Below, piece by piece: positions 49,320 through 61,261 of a stretch of DNA of 64,000 nucleotides. The stretch lies in the NCBI GenBank assembly GCA_030390025.1, contig CM059433.1, positions 6,884,001 through 6,948,000 on the forward strand, given 5' to 3'. Source of the DNA: Squalus acanthias. Taxonomy: Eukaryota. Position 1 is the first letter of the stretch. Each line of letters opens with the position of its first letter. Position numbers and translations under genes: made by a program. Under the pieces are notes generated by a model. The model was given only the letters and a program-made list of their open reading frames with translations, was not told where the DNA came from and ran no database searches.

Positions 49320-50300
49320 AGTAAAACATCTCAAGGTGCTGCACAGGAGCATTATCAAACAAAATTTGACAGTGAGCCACATAAGGAGATATTAGGGCAG
49401 ATGACCGAAAGCTTGGTCAAAGAGGTAGGTTTTAAGGAGCATCTTAAAAGGAGGAAAGAGAGGTAGAGGGGTTTAGGGAGGGAATTCCAGAGCTTAGGGC
49501 CTAGGCAGCTGAAGGCACAGCCACCAATTGTTGAGAGAGTATAATCAGGGGTGCTCAAGAGGGCAGAAAAGCGCAGATATCTCCGGGGGGGGGGGGGGGC
49601 TGGAGATTAAGAGATAGGGAGGCATGAGGCCACGGAGGGATTTGAAAACAAGGATGAGAATTTTTAAATCGAGGCGTTGCTTAACCAGGAGCCAATGTAG
49701 GTCAGCGAGCACAGGGGTGATGGGTGAACGGGTGCGGCCTGGTGCGTGTTAGGACACAGGCAGCCAAATTTTGGCTGACCTCAAGTTTACGTAGGCTGGA
49801 ATGTGGGAGGCCAGCCAGGAGTGCGTTGGAATAGTCAAGTCTAGAGGTAACAAAGGCATGGATGAGGGTTTCAGCAGCAGATGAGCTGAGGCGATGTTAC
49901 CTAGGTGGAAATAGGCGGTCTTAATGATGGCGAAGATGTGTGGTCGGAAGCTCATCTCAGGGTCAAATACAACACCAAGGTTGCAAACAGTCTGGTCCAG
50001 CCTCAGACACTTGCCAGGGAGTGGGATGCAGTCGGTGGCTAGGGAACGGAGTTTGTGGTGGGGAATCGAAGACTATGGCGTCGGTCTTCCCAATATTTAG
50101 TTGGGGGAAATTTCTGCTCATCTAGTACTGGATGTCGGACAAGCAGTCAGACAATTTAGAAACAGTGGAGGGGTCGAGAGAGGTGGTGATGAGGTTGAGC
50201 TGGGTGTCGTCAGTGTACATGTGGTAACAGACGCTGTGTTTTCAGATGGAGTCACCGAGGGGCAGCATGTAGATGAGAAATAGTAGGGGGCCAAGGATAG
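49320..50300 (-). mobile_element. L2 3' region, inverted relative to 48735-49236
   Basis: Minus frames MYTDDTQL, MSFRPHI...KTAYFHL and GGCAFSCLGPKLWNSLP. Confidence 0.92.
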
Positions 50301-51468
50301 ACTAAACTTCACTTATAACTTTACGTTAGGGACACAGGTCCAGGTTCAATAGCATTCGATAAATTGACAAAGTGCTATGCCTCCTTAATTTTGTATCCAA
50401 GGAGGTGCAAGTTAACTATTCAAGTGAAATCTGATGTATTGATTTTCTTTTTTACTTTTAATAAACACGATTCACGGTTTATAGGCCGAGTCACATGGTC
50501 CGATACATCATTTATTCTTCTGCTAGGAAAACACATGGGCTCATGTCAATTTCAGGAAGCAAACTGAAGTTGTTTAATCCCCATCAATGCTGTATTAGCA
50601 AATATTTTGCCAATATGGTCATACTAGTTCCGAAAGAACAAGAGCTCAGCATACGGGTTTTAAAAGTATTTCCATCAAGATTTTTTTTCCCCGGGCTATC
50701 CTGGATCAGAGAGTGCTGTAACAGCGCAGCAGCGCTTTCAATAGGGGCATTCTACAGATGGACAGAAAGAATGGGGAAGGGGGGGGGGGGCAGGGAAGGG
50801 AGGAAGAAAGCAGAGATTGATCTGATAACTCACCAGAGTGATATGCCCAGCAGGAACTACTGTAACTGATAGCTCATCGGTATTCTGTTTATAGTGCTCA
50901 CACAAGTCAGTTAAATTGCAAGGCTGAAGGTTAAATGCAAATTTTCATTGGAGAAATTAATCTGATGGAATGATTCCAGTAAAGTCACTGTGAAACCTCC
51001 CCCGCCTTCACAGAGCCATTTTCCCTCAGTCCTATTATCATTGTTGTGAAGATAAAAGTATTTCATGATAATGAAATCATGTGTGGTATGATGTATCATG
51101 CCATTTTTGCACAGATTCAGCATAAGCATGTTTTATTTACAAATTTATTTTAAAGGGACTATAGGCAAGCAGTGAAGGCCCTTTATTACTTTCCATTAGA
51201 TCATGTTCGCCTCCTCTCACATCATTCCTTAAGCAAGTGGCTTCAATCTTAAAATCTCTTTCTATGGATGTTAAATTCATATGAAGTATCTCACTCCAAA
51301 CTAGAATGGTGCAAATGCATAGTCAGAAACATTCCAAGTGCACTATATTTACACTTTTAACACTGAGCACTCTTTCCTAAAATGTTATAATTATGCAGGA
51401 ATCAAATGCAAGCTGCTGATCAAAAGAGCCAAAATTATAATACAGCAGGAAGAACAATCGACACCCAC

Positions 51469-51556
51469 CAACTTTGTCTCTCTTCTTTAGTCCTTTGCTG
51501 ATGCTGTTGATTCTTGCATTTTGCATAAAAACCTCAGAGGCAACGTCTACTGTTTT
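51469..51556 (-). CDS. TAF1B: TAF1B coding exon 3 (88 nt)
   Basis: ttctgacag|...|gtgggt. Reads KTVDVASEVFMQNARINSISKGLKKRDKV; the length, the phases (0 then 1) and the GLKK motif fit TAF1B exon 3. Confidence 0.9.
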
Positions 51557-53429
51557 CTGTCAGAACAAGAAAAAAAAAGCATTTTTAAAATGAACCGGCA
51601 AGTTTTTTTTTTAACAACACTGCTGAACTAACACAGCACTTGAGTATGCTCCAACAATATTGAAAGTGGTGGCATTCAGAATGGTGCCCTCCCAAATTGC
51701 ATACAATTATTATACTTTGCAATCCCAGAGGAAAGTCAACAATGAGAGCAAACTACTACCCTCGCCTTCCAACAGCTCCCTACAGGAAAAGAGTATTTAA
51801 GGACATGGACAGAAAGCGAGACTATTTGTGTGACTGTATCCAAAAGGGGGCCACGGGATTTGATGGCTTCACGACTGAACAGAGACAGAAATGGAAATCT
51901 TTTTGCAGAGTTCTGACACAGCCATACATCACTTGGTGAATACGCGAGCATTACATTTGGTCCTGGCCAATCAAGAACTTCAAGGACAAACAAATACAGA
52001 ACACTTTTCCTTAGAGTCTAAATTGCAAAAATAGTCGGAGGAGAAAATGGGGTTTTCCCACAAAAGCATTCCTTTAAAATCTCCGCTGAGATTATTGAGC
52101 GACAGGATAATTCTGATTCTTCCATCAAACTCTTAGAAAAATCAACTGTCAATACAAATATTTATCCTGGTCACAATGATGCTCAGAGCGATAACAAGTA
52201 GTTGAAATATGAAAACTGGCATTCAAATGTATAAATGCTCAAAGTTAGCTAAACCTGTCCTCCTGCCTGAAATAATAAATTGCTGGCCATCATAGTTTTT
52301 CCTCGATTATTGTAACCACAGGACTCAAATGTGACTTTGTGGTACATCATAACGTATGCATTACACAACACAGACCTATAGGTGGCATAGAGGGATTTAA
52401 CTCATCAGGAGAAATGAAAGCAGTACTGACTCATTATTTTCCTCTCCCACCACTTGATGTCTGATTTCCTCCTTCCCCCCACAGCAGAGCTTTACCTGTA
52501 ATTTAGCACTAAATTAGTCGTCTCATTCAAAGAGGCATTAAGTATAGATACTGTTGAAAGTAGAAATGGCACACTAATACAGTGTAGTGCAATAATACAG
52601 GGTGCTTTTCCGAGGCTGGCAGTGTAGAGACAGATTTCCATTTAACTTGCTGCTTCTACATCTGATCCTCCTTCCCCATGCAGTGCCTGAGGTCCAACAC
52701 CTACCATCATACACCTGCTGCCCAATGTCTCTCATGCCTCTGATGCACAGTGCTCAACACCTCCACCTATGCCCTTGGCAAGTCTCTGAATCATCTTTCC
52801 TCCCATCCTCTGTAAAGTCTCCCTCTCTTCCTAATTTGCTTGTCTCTCTCTCTCCCCCACAACCAAGTGCTGCAATGTCCTTTATCCACATGTTTATCAT
52901 ATGGCAATGGAATTAGCTAAATGTTGCTGACCAATAATTTCTAATACTTTTATGGCACTGACTCCAGGTCAGGGGTGGGGGAAAAAAAAGACTATTCCGC
53001 CCTTGAAGCTCATCCCTTTAGTGCATTAACTCTATCATCATTAACCTCAATGCTTTTGCCTCTATTGTCTCCGATTTAGAGTGCAGGGGAAAATTGAGGC
53101 TGTGGAATTCACTTCCAGGATTAGTGGTTGAAGCAGAAACTGTGTCAACATTCGAGATTAGACTGCATGAAGGAAAAGGGAACGAAGGGTTATGGGAACA
53201 GAGTGGGTAAAAGTGATTGGAACTATTTGCTCATGTGGAGCGTTAATGTCGATATGGGTTGGTTGGGCCAAATGGCCCGTTTCCAAGATGTAACTTCAAT
53301 CTACTTCTCGCCTAGTAGATTACTTCAAGCATTTCTCAGAGCAAATTTATTCGTTCTAAATTTATTTCGCTATTAATTTCCACTTGGGTCTCCTGCTCCC
53401 ACTTTCATGGTACTTTGAAGTATCAAAGC

Positions 53430-53835
53430 TTGGCACAGTTGGCAGTACTCTCCCCCAAATCATTGAATGCGAAAAGGTTGCAAATTCAAGCCCTACTCCA
53501 AATTAGAACATGCAATCTAGGTAGACAGTTCAGTGCTGAGGGATTGCTACATTGCCAAAGGTTCATCTCTCAGCCAAGACATTAAGCTAAAGCCCTGTCT
53601 GCCTCATGGTAGTTCATGTGGGCATTAAAGATCTCATGGCATTATTCGAAGGACAAGGAGTTTTACCTGTGTCTTGGCAACATTTCTCTCTCAACTGGTG
53701 ATTCATCTCACTGATGTCTGTGGGACCTTGATGCGTGAAAAATGGCTGCCACATAACTGTGCAATGTAATTCATTCTGTTTGAAGCACTGAGAAATTTGG
53801 GTAAGCCATGATAAGGCACTATATTAATACAGGCT
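53430..53835 (+). mobile_element. Degraded DeuSINE-like SINE
   Basis: tRNA-like head TGGCACAGTTGGCAGTACTCTC...TTCAAGCCCTACTCCA, a Deu-like body and an L2-like tail. Confidence 0.6.
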
Positions 53836-54859
53836 CTTTTTCAATCATCTGAAATGACCTCATCTAACATTTAATATGCTGCAATGAAATGAATGCAACC
53901 ACTACCCTTCTAGAAGTTGTAAAGTTTAAGCTTCTCTAATCTTTCCTTGTAACCACTCTCTTTACAGTTGGGACAAGTCCTGTTGGTCGTTTTCTGTATC
54001 CTTTCTTTTTGTTCTTATCTCTAATTTTCTCCCTTCCCCTCTTCTAAAGGTGTCAAATCCTTTGCTGGGGTACTGTTGCAAGAATGGCAGTCATTCTCTA
54101 GCACCTTACTCAAGTGCTTATTATTCATGCGTGTGCCTTAAGACTAAGTGATGGTTTGGTGGAGGACATAATGCCCTTCTTAAAACACATGATTCTAGAA
54201 TGGGAAGACTAGATTATTTTCCCTTCCCTCACCCCGGAGCAATGCCCAACTGTGGCACCACCTCCCTCTGTCCTTGCTGAGATCAACAAATACACCAAGA
54301 CAGAATGTGCGACCTTACCTCTGAGACATAGGTGACCTTCTGTGTCCTTTCTAATGCAACTATATCTTCTGGTGGCATAATGACAAAAACTAACCACATT
54401 ATTAAGTGAGGGCTGGCCAGTGCATTCTAAGACTTTAGGATGACCATTGCAGACTTGTATTCTAATGTTCTGATTATAAACTCCAACATCCTATTAGCTT
54501 CTTTAATTGATTTAGCACATTATTTGGGAATTGAAAGAGACATGACTGATATTACTCCCAAGACCCCTTTCAAGTCCCCTGTGCTAAATCAATTTGATGC
54601 ATTATGCCCCAGATTTTCAATGTGAAATAATTTATATTTATCAGAGTTAAATTTAATTTGCTATGTATCTGTCCAGTTGTATAACTGAGCCAAGTCTTTT
54701 TGCAATCCTATATCTCTGCTGCTCTCCCTATTTTTGTTATCTTCAAGTTTGACCAGTTTACAGTTGATTTCACCAGCCACGTCATGTGTGTATTAGAAAC
54801 AATTGAAGCGCAAATACTGACCCTAGGAGACTCCATTTCACACTCCAGTTTGACATTGC

Positions 54860-55724
54860 GGCTGCAATTTTGCCGGCGCTCAGAGGGGCGGGTCAGAGGT
54901 TAAAGTCCTATTGATCGACAGCGGGTCCCGAACCCGCGTTCAACCCGCCGCCAAACAGCCTTCCCAAGTGTCGGGTCCCCGATTTGCGAATGGACCCGAC
55001 ACCTAGCGGCGGAAAACGGATCAAAGGCAATTACCTGCCTATTAACAGTAGTAGTGTTCAGCCTGTTTTTCAATTTTACCGCTTCTGGGTCGGGTTTCAC
55101 GCCATCCGGACACCACGCCAGGTAAGTGTGGCGTGTTGTGAGTCTGGTGTAATGTTTGTGAAAAGATGACAGCTGCAGAAGTGGTGTGAAGGATGCAATG
55201 CTGCTCATGGTGAGTTTCAGAGCAAAGAAAATGTTGGTTACTGCATTTTTATAATATATACAGATTTCTTAAGCTTACAAGTTTTTAAATCCAACTAGAT
55301 GTCCAGTGCCACCTCATTGGGAGAACCTCTCTCACCAGTGACAGATCGCTTCTGTCATCTCACCTGCAGCTGCCATCTATTCCAGCCTATGGAGGGAGTC
55401 ATTGGAGAGCGCGGGTGCAAGAGTTCACCTCTGTGTAGTGATTGTTAGTGTTTTCAGCACCTCAATGCTGTCAAACACTGAGAAATCAACTGTCAAAATA
55501 AAATTGTGCATGGTCCCTTTAAGGAAACCGGCAGATGACGCGTCATCAAATGACGCCATCAGACCCGCTTCCTGTTAAATGGCCGGTAACCCCGCAGGCC
55601 AGGCTAAACAAGGTCAATCAAGGGAAAATCACGTCTGTGGAGCAGAGGCAGCTGGGGGGCGGGACTGGAACCCGGAAACCAGCTGACCCCCACCCATCCC
55701 GACGACGAACGCAAAATCGCGGCC
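54860..55724. mobile_element. Non-autonomous TIR element (PIF/Harbinger-like ends)
   Basis: GGCTGCAATTTTGC versus reverse complement of the right end GGCCGCGATTTTGC, with CpG-rich subterminal regions. The TSD is not clean. Confidence 0.65.
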
Positions 55725-56132
55725 TACATCTCTCACAAGTATTCCTTTTCCTATGTTTTTAAAGCAATTTCTTATTGTTCTACCCTGGATTGTTACAAGT
55801 GTTTCACACGGAAATTTGTTTATTTAGACTTTAAGAAAGCTTTTAACAAAGTTATGTGGTGTGCAATTATTTACTTTATCTGTAAAGGGCTCAAAGGAGA
55901 TTTGTCAGTGTCTTCTCCTTCATAGTCATGCTGGCTGCTTTGCATTACGGTACTATACAGGCACTCCTTCAGCTTGCCCCTTAGAAGGAGTCCATTATTT
56001 TTCCCCTTATTGATGTTGGTTAAGGACTTACAGTTGCCTTGGTCAAATTTTTGTCCTTTATAAATATCGGCACTATGATTACCTGCAGAACTTCACCGGT
56101 ATTTAGCAAACTTATGACAAGAGACAATGAAA

Positions 56133-56953
56133 GTTATTATTGAATCTGCTTCCACCACCCTTTCAGGCAGTGCATTCCAGATCATAACAATTCGCTGCGT
56201 AACAAATGTTTTCCTCATGTCGCCTCTGGTTCTTTTGCCAATTAACTTAAATCTGTGACCTCTGAAAGAAAGATTTGCATTTATATAGCACCTTTCACGA
56301 CCACCGGACATTTCAAAGCGCTTTACAGCCAATGAAGTACTTTTGGAGTGTAGTCACTGGGGAAACACGGTGGCATAGTGGTTAGCACTGGTGCCTCACA
56401 GCGCCAGAGACCCGGGTTCGAATCTGACCTCGGGTGACTGTCTGTGTGGAGTTTGCACATTCTCCCCGTGTCTGCGTGGGTTTCCTCCGGGTGCTCCGGT
56501 TTCCTCCCACAGTCCAAAAATGTGTGGGTTAGGTTGATTTGGCTATGATAAATTGACCCTTAGTGTTAGGGGGGATTAAATATGTGGGGTTATGGGGATA
56601 GGATGGGATATGTTAGGGGGAATTAAATACGTGGGGTTACGGGGGTAGGGTGGGATATGTGTACTGTGGGGATTAAAGCAGGGACAGGGTACTGGATTTG
56701 GATGATCAGCCATGATCGTATTGAATGGCGGAGCAGGCTCGACGGGCCGAATGGCCTACTCCTGCTCCTAGATTCTATGTTTCTATGTTTCTATGTAATG
56801 TGGGAAACTCTGGTTACTGACTCTTTTGCCACTGGAAACAGTTTCTCCTTATTTACTCACCAGTCATGATTTTGAACACCTCTATTAAATCTCCCCTTAA
56901 TCTTCTCTGCTCTAAGGAGAACAACCCCAACTTCTCTAGTCTCTCCACATAAC
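56133..56953 (-). mobile_element. CR1 3' fragment (continues at 59279-59360) with nested SINEs
   Basis: RGHRFKLIGKRTRGDMRK...IWNALPERVVEA. Interrupted by a SINE tail fragment at 56264-56808 and by the hAT element. Confidence 0.82.
56360..56795 (+). mobile_element. HE1-type V-SINE (tRNA head, V-domain, CR1-derived tail)
   Basis: A and B boxes GGTGGCATAGTGG...GGTTCGAATC, V-domain GTGTGGAGTTTGCACATTCTCCCCGTGTCTGCGTGGGTTTCCTCCGGGTGCTCCGGTTTCCTCCCACAGTCCAAA, and tail GGCCGAATGGCCTACTCCTGCTCC(TTCTATGT)n. Confidence 0.92.
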
Positions 56954-59270
56954 CAACGTTCCCTCTAATTTTTATTTGTACTGGGCGGGTGACAAACTCC
57001 TCGGAGCACGACAACTTTGTCCATGGGCACTTAACAACAACAACAACGTCCTACCCAACAACAGCAGCAACAGAAAATTCTGATCTTTCATCATTTTTGT
57101 TCATTGCGCACATGAATTTACTAGAATTTTACCAGGGATGAAGGACTTCAGTTTCTGGAGATTAAAGAAACTGGGATTGTTCTCCTTGGAGCAGAGAAGG
57201 TTAAGAGGAAATTTAAGAGGTGTTAAAAATTGAGGGGTTTTGATAAAGTAAGGAGAAACGGTTTCCACTGGCAGGAGGGTCGGTAACCAGAGAGGAGGAG
57301 AATTTTTTTTATTTTTTATAAACGCAGCGAGTTGTTGTGATCTGGAATGCAGGAATTAGATAAATATTTGAAAAGGAAAAATTTGCAGGGTTATGGCGAA
57401 AGAGCAGGGGAGTGGGACTAATTGGATAGTTCTACCAAAGAGCCGGCAAAGGCATAATGGGCCGAATGGCCTCCTCCTATGCTGTATGATTCTAACTGCT
57501 ATCTTTTTATCAAGCCCAAAGGCAGGTTTGGGTATGTATGTTGGGGGTTCCAGGCCCAGGATGCTGGGCAGGGGAAGTTGGGGAACTTTTTAAGAATTGC
57601 ATTAGGGCAAATTATAGCTTTTTATTTTCTTACTTATGTTTTCATTATTATTGTCTCTAAATCCCACTCAAACTTGCACAATAAGTGAAAAGTTGTAACA
57701 CCAGACTTATATCAAACAAACTTAAATGGAATGGACATCATAAAAAGAATATTTAATCCAATATTCTTTAACCATATAAATTTTGATTTAGCACTTGCTT
57801 TGTTTATGATTTATTTTGCTTTTTTGATGTTTTTATCTTGTTTTTGGCTGTTTTTTAATTTTGTTTTTGCTTTTCTTGCTTTGTCTTTTGATGAATTTTA
57901 TCTTGTTTCCAACTTATTTTATTTTGCATTTCTAAATTTTGATTGCTTTATTTTGTATAACTTTTTTGTTGGGGTGGGAGGGAGTTGGGGGAAGGTGAGG
58001 CAATTCACATTTCCATATTGACTGCATTGAAGCCCCATTGAAACACATCACCAATTCTAACCCTAGTTATAACAGTCCAAGTTGATTGTTGCAAGCACTA
58101 TGTATTTACATCCAATGCCAATCAGACTCAAGAGAATCAAAAGGCAGATTAACCAGAGCATGTTGACATTGACTATCCGTGCACCACTTATCTCGCTCTC
58201 AATTTTCAGAAAAGTTTTTTCTTCTCTTTTTTCCAGCGGTTTACTAAATAAAAGCAATTAGATAAGGCATTTTTTTTTTTTATAAACGGCTGACAGGCTG
58301 GTGGAGAAAGGCGATAATATTTCGTGACAGGCAAACCCTTAATTGTACTGGCTTTTTTCTTCTCTTTTCTGTGAAATGCAACACACTCGAGCAGCACAAC
58401 AAAGTGCTGCTTTATTTGAAAGCTGGCGCTAGCGGTACAAAGGTCTAAGGAGAGCAGCAATATTCATGCATTTTGGAGAGAAGGGGTTGTGTAATTTAAC
58501 TAACCTTTGAGTTTAAGCAGAGTTTAATGGTCAGCCGCTGCTGTTAAACCAAAGGGTATTCACCGTGCTTTTGTGTTTGGCCCAGGATTTATTCCAATAG
58601 CGATTTAACTTTAAACTTTGCGATAAAAGTTTGTTCAGTGTAAAAAGACTTTGAATTATTTTTAAAACTATGCTTTAATATCAATCAATGCTGAAGTAAG
58701 AGGTGGGAGGGAGGCAAGTCTTAAATGCTAGAACACAGGAGCGTTACAGAGAAACCGAACGTCCCACAGTGCTGCAAGGGCGCATTCACTAACTGTGCAC
58801 GCTACACACGCTGCTCGCATCTTGCCGGCGTGCAGTCCCATTTGCCCTCGTGAACACCTCCCTCCTGCTCTCCATCCTACTGCTCCGGCCCGGGGATCTG
58901 CCGGCCTGTGAAACATCTTCTATCACACAATGGGACGCACGCCGCTCCTGCAGACCGAAAACGGTTTAGGCACGGGGGAAGTCACCCAGCACCCACCCCC
59001 TCTCACCTGCTATCGACTAATCATCAGGACCCACCCCGCCCCTTGCTATTGGTTATAGTCGACGCCAGTCACAGAAGGTTGGGCGTTGATTGGTGGAGTG
59101 GGCTGTCAGGGTGGGTGAGGCCCCACCCCCCTCTCCCTGATCTTGGCCGGGGCTGTTTTTCTGTGTTATTAAAGCCCCTGATGAGAGCCTGAGCGGAGTG
59201 CGCGGATGGTTTCTTTTACTGCGCAGCACAGTGAAGCTTGCTGCGCGGCCACAGCTTAGCAGGAACATAG
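56954..59270. mobile_element. 2.3-kb non-autonomous hAT element with internal cargo
   Basis: Ends CAACGTTCCCTCTAA and TTAGCAGGAACATAG, with a perfect 8-bp TSD CACATAAC at 56946-56953 and 59271-59278. The host CR1 resumes seamlessly on both sides. Confidence 0.88.
57117..57495 (+). mobile_element. CR1 3' end inside the hAT element
   Basis: KLGLFSLEQRRLRG and the tail GGGCCGAATGGCCTCCTCCTATGCTGTATGATTCT. Confidence 0.85.
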
Positions 59271-59832
59271 CACATAACTGGAAGCCCTCATCCATGGTAC
59301 CATTCTAGTAAATATCCTCTGCACTCTCTCTAAGGCCTTGGCATCCTTCCTAAAGTGTGTATCTTAAATGCATCCAGGGTTTTTGCTTCCACCACGCTTC
59401 CTGAAAGTCCATTCCAGGTGTTGATCACACTCTGCGTGAAGAACTTCCTGATATGAATCCTAAAGTTACCTTTCACTAGCTTAAACCTGTGTCCCCTTGT
59501 CCTATGGCCACAATTTAATTTCAAGTAACACTGACTTAGACCAGTGCCAGGAGTGGTGGAAGGGCTAAAAATAGCAAGTGTTAGTGTTAACTATTAAAAG
59601 TAACAGAAGCAGGCATCGCCGTTAACACTTTAAGCATTACCAAATGTCACAAAAACATTACTAAATTGTGAAATAAATAGGAAGTACGCATGACAAACAA
59701 AGTCAAGAATTTTAAGACACTATAGACATGGTAAGATATTGTAAATGAGATGGGAAGAACTTTAGTATTGCAATATTATGCTCAACCTCCTCAGTTGTGT
59801 GCTTCTTCAGGATCCTCTTTGCAAAACTAATA

Positions 59833-60330
59833 CAGGTTGAGCGTCCTGAATCCGGCAACCTCGGGACCGAGGCCGAGCCAGTTTTCGTGTTTTTCCGGAC
59901 TTCGGAACGTGTTTCTGATGTCCGACGTCCGGAAATATCGCAACCTGGGCTCGGGCGTTTCCGGACTTCGGACATTAGAAACATGTTCAGAGTCCAGAAA
60001 TGCCTGGGCCCCTCCGCGTAGCGCCCTCCCCTTCTGTTAAAGGGAGGGACGCTGCGAGCTCTGCAGAGCATCCGATGGCCCACACTCGGCCACCAGGGCG
60101 GCGTGGTGCCGTGGCCGCAGCCTGGCGGAAACACTTAGTGGAGCTGTGCAGATTAAGGAGGATAAAACACAACACTAAAGTTTGATTGCATTACTCACAT
60201 TTTTCATAGGATTTTTCAAAAAAAGACAACAAAAGTTAATGGCTTTTTGAAGTACAGGCTGAGCTTCCAAAAAGACCCTGCCACCAATCGTCCCGGAGTC
60301 CGGAACTCCGGATTTTGGACGCTCAACCTG
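59833..60330. mobile_element. TcMar (Tigger-like) MITE
   Basis: TIR CAGGTTGAGCGTCC...GGACGCTCAACCTG with TA on both sides and a CpG-rich interior. Confidence 0.88.
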
Positions 60331-60799
60331 TACCTCTTTGAATTGTTTCAGCAAATTCCTGCTCCCAGAGCTCTCTCCATTTCACTATAGATTTATTCAC
60401 GTTTGTTTTCCTTCTTATTCCCATTTTAATTGACCTATTCATGTATTTTGAAGAAATTATTTAACATCCATTTATTTTTCTTGGACATATATACCCGTAC
60501 TTATCATGCCTATTCAACACAATTCTTTTGAAGTGTTCGGCTTCTGCTCAACAGATATATTTTATCAACATATTTCAAAACTAATTTCTTCTAGTTTCAT
60601 CCAGATTACTTTGTAGTTTGCCTTTTTAAAAACATACCACGATTTTTTTGTCCTGGCTTTTACTGGTGCAGATTGGCAGATAATCCTAAATGTAATTATA
60701 CTTCAATTAAATTGCCATCAGTATCATGGCCTAGTCCCTAATGAAGAGAAGACATAACTTAAAATATTGAGCATTTAACCTTCACTTAGTTGTACTCAC

Positions 60800-60898
60800 C
60801 TCAATAACATTATGGCAGGACTTGCAAAAGAACTTGCCTTCATCTGAGATCCCCCAGTTAATCTCACAGCATTGTTCGCACGGCTGTCTGAAATCTCT
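60800..60898 (-). CDS. TAF1B: TAF1B coding exon 2 (99 nt), RRN7-type zinc ribbon
   Basis: tctttttcag|...|gtgagt. Reads [33 protein letters not shown], the CxxC...CxxC zinc ribbon of TAF1B/Rrn7. Confidence 0.96.
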
Positions 60899-61261
60899 CT
60901 GAAAAAGATACAAATACCTCAGCAATTCCTTTCTTTAGAAAAAAAAAAGCATAAATTCAAGGATTATTTTGTGTTTTAGGAAAGGGGGTTAAAGAAGCCA
61001 AGTTGAGGAAATAGTACTGTATCATACCACCTCATACTGAAGTGAAAATACAAATCCACGGTGGTAGCAAGTTGCCTTGGTGCGCCAAAGTGCCATGACG
61101 AGTTCACGCATACGGCAAGTTCCCAGTATATATTCATGTATTTTTTTCTAATTCAGAGAAAGTTAACCTAAGCTACCATCACATCCAACTAGTTCATAAA
61201 ACATGACCATAAATCTAGCAGCAGGCCACCCCACTGCTGTCAGATTAAAAATGGAGGGTAG

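Noticed and set aside
56360..56435. tRNA gene
   Set aside because: It is the tRNA-derived head of an HE1-type SINE, followed by the V-domain and a CR1 tail.
57731..58021. Multi-pass membrane protein ORF
   Set aside because: Hydrophobicity comes from T-rich low-complexity DNA.
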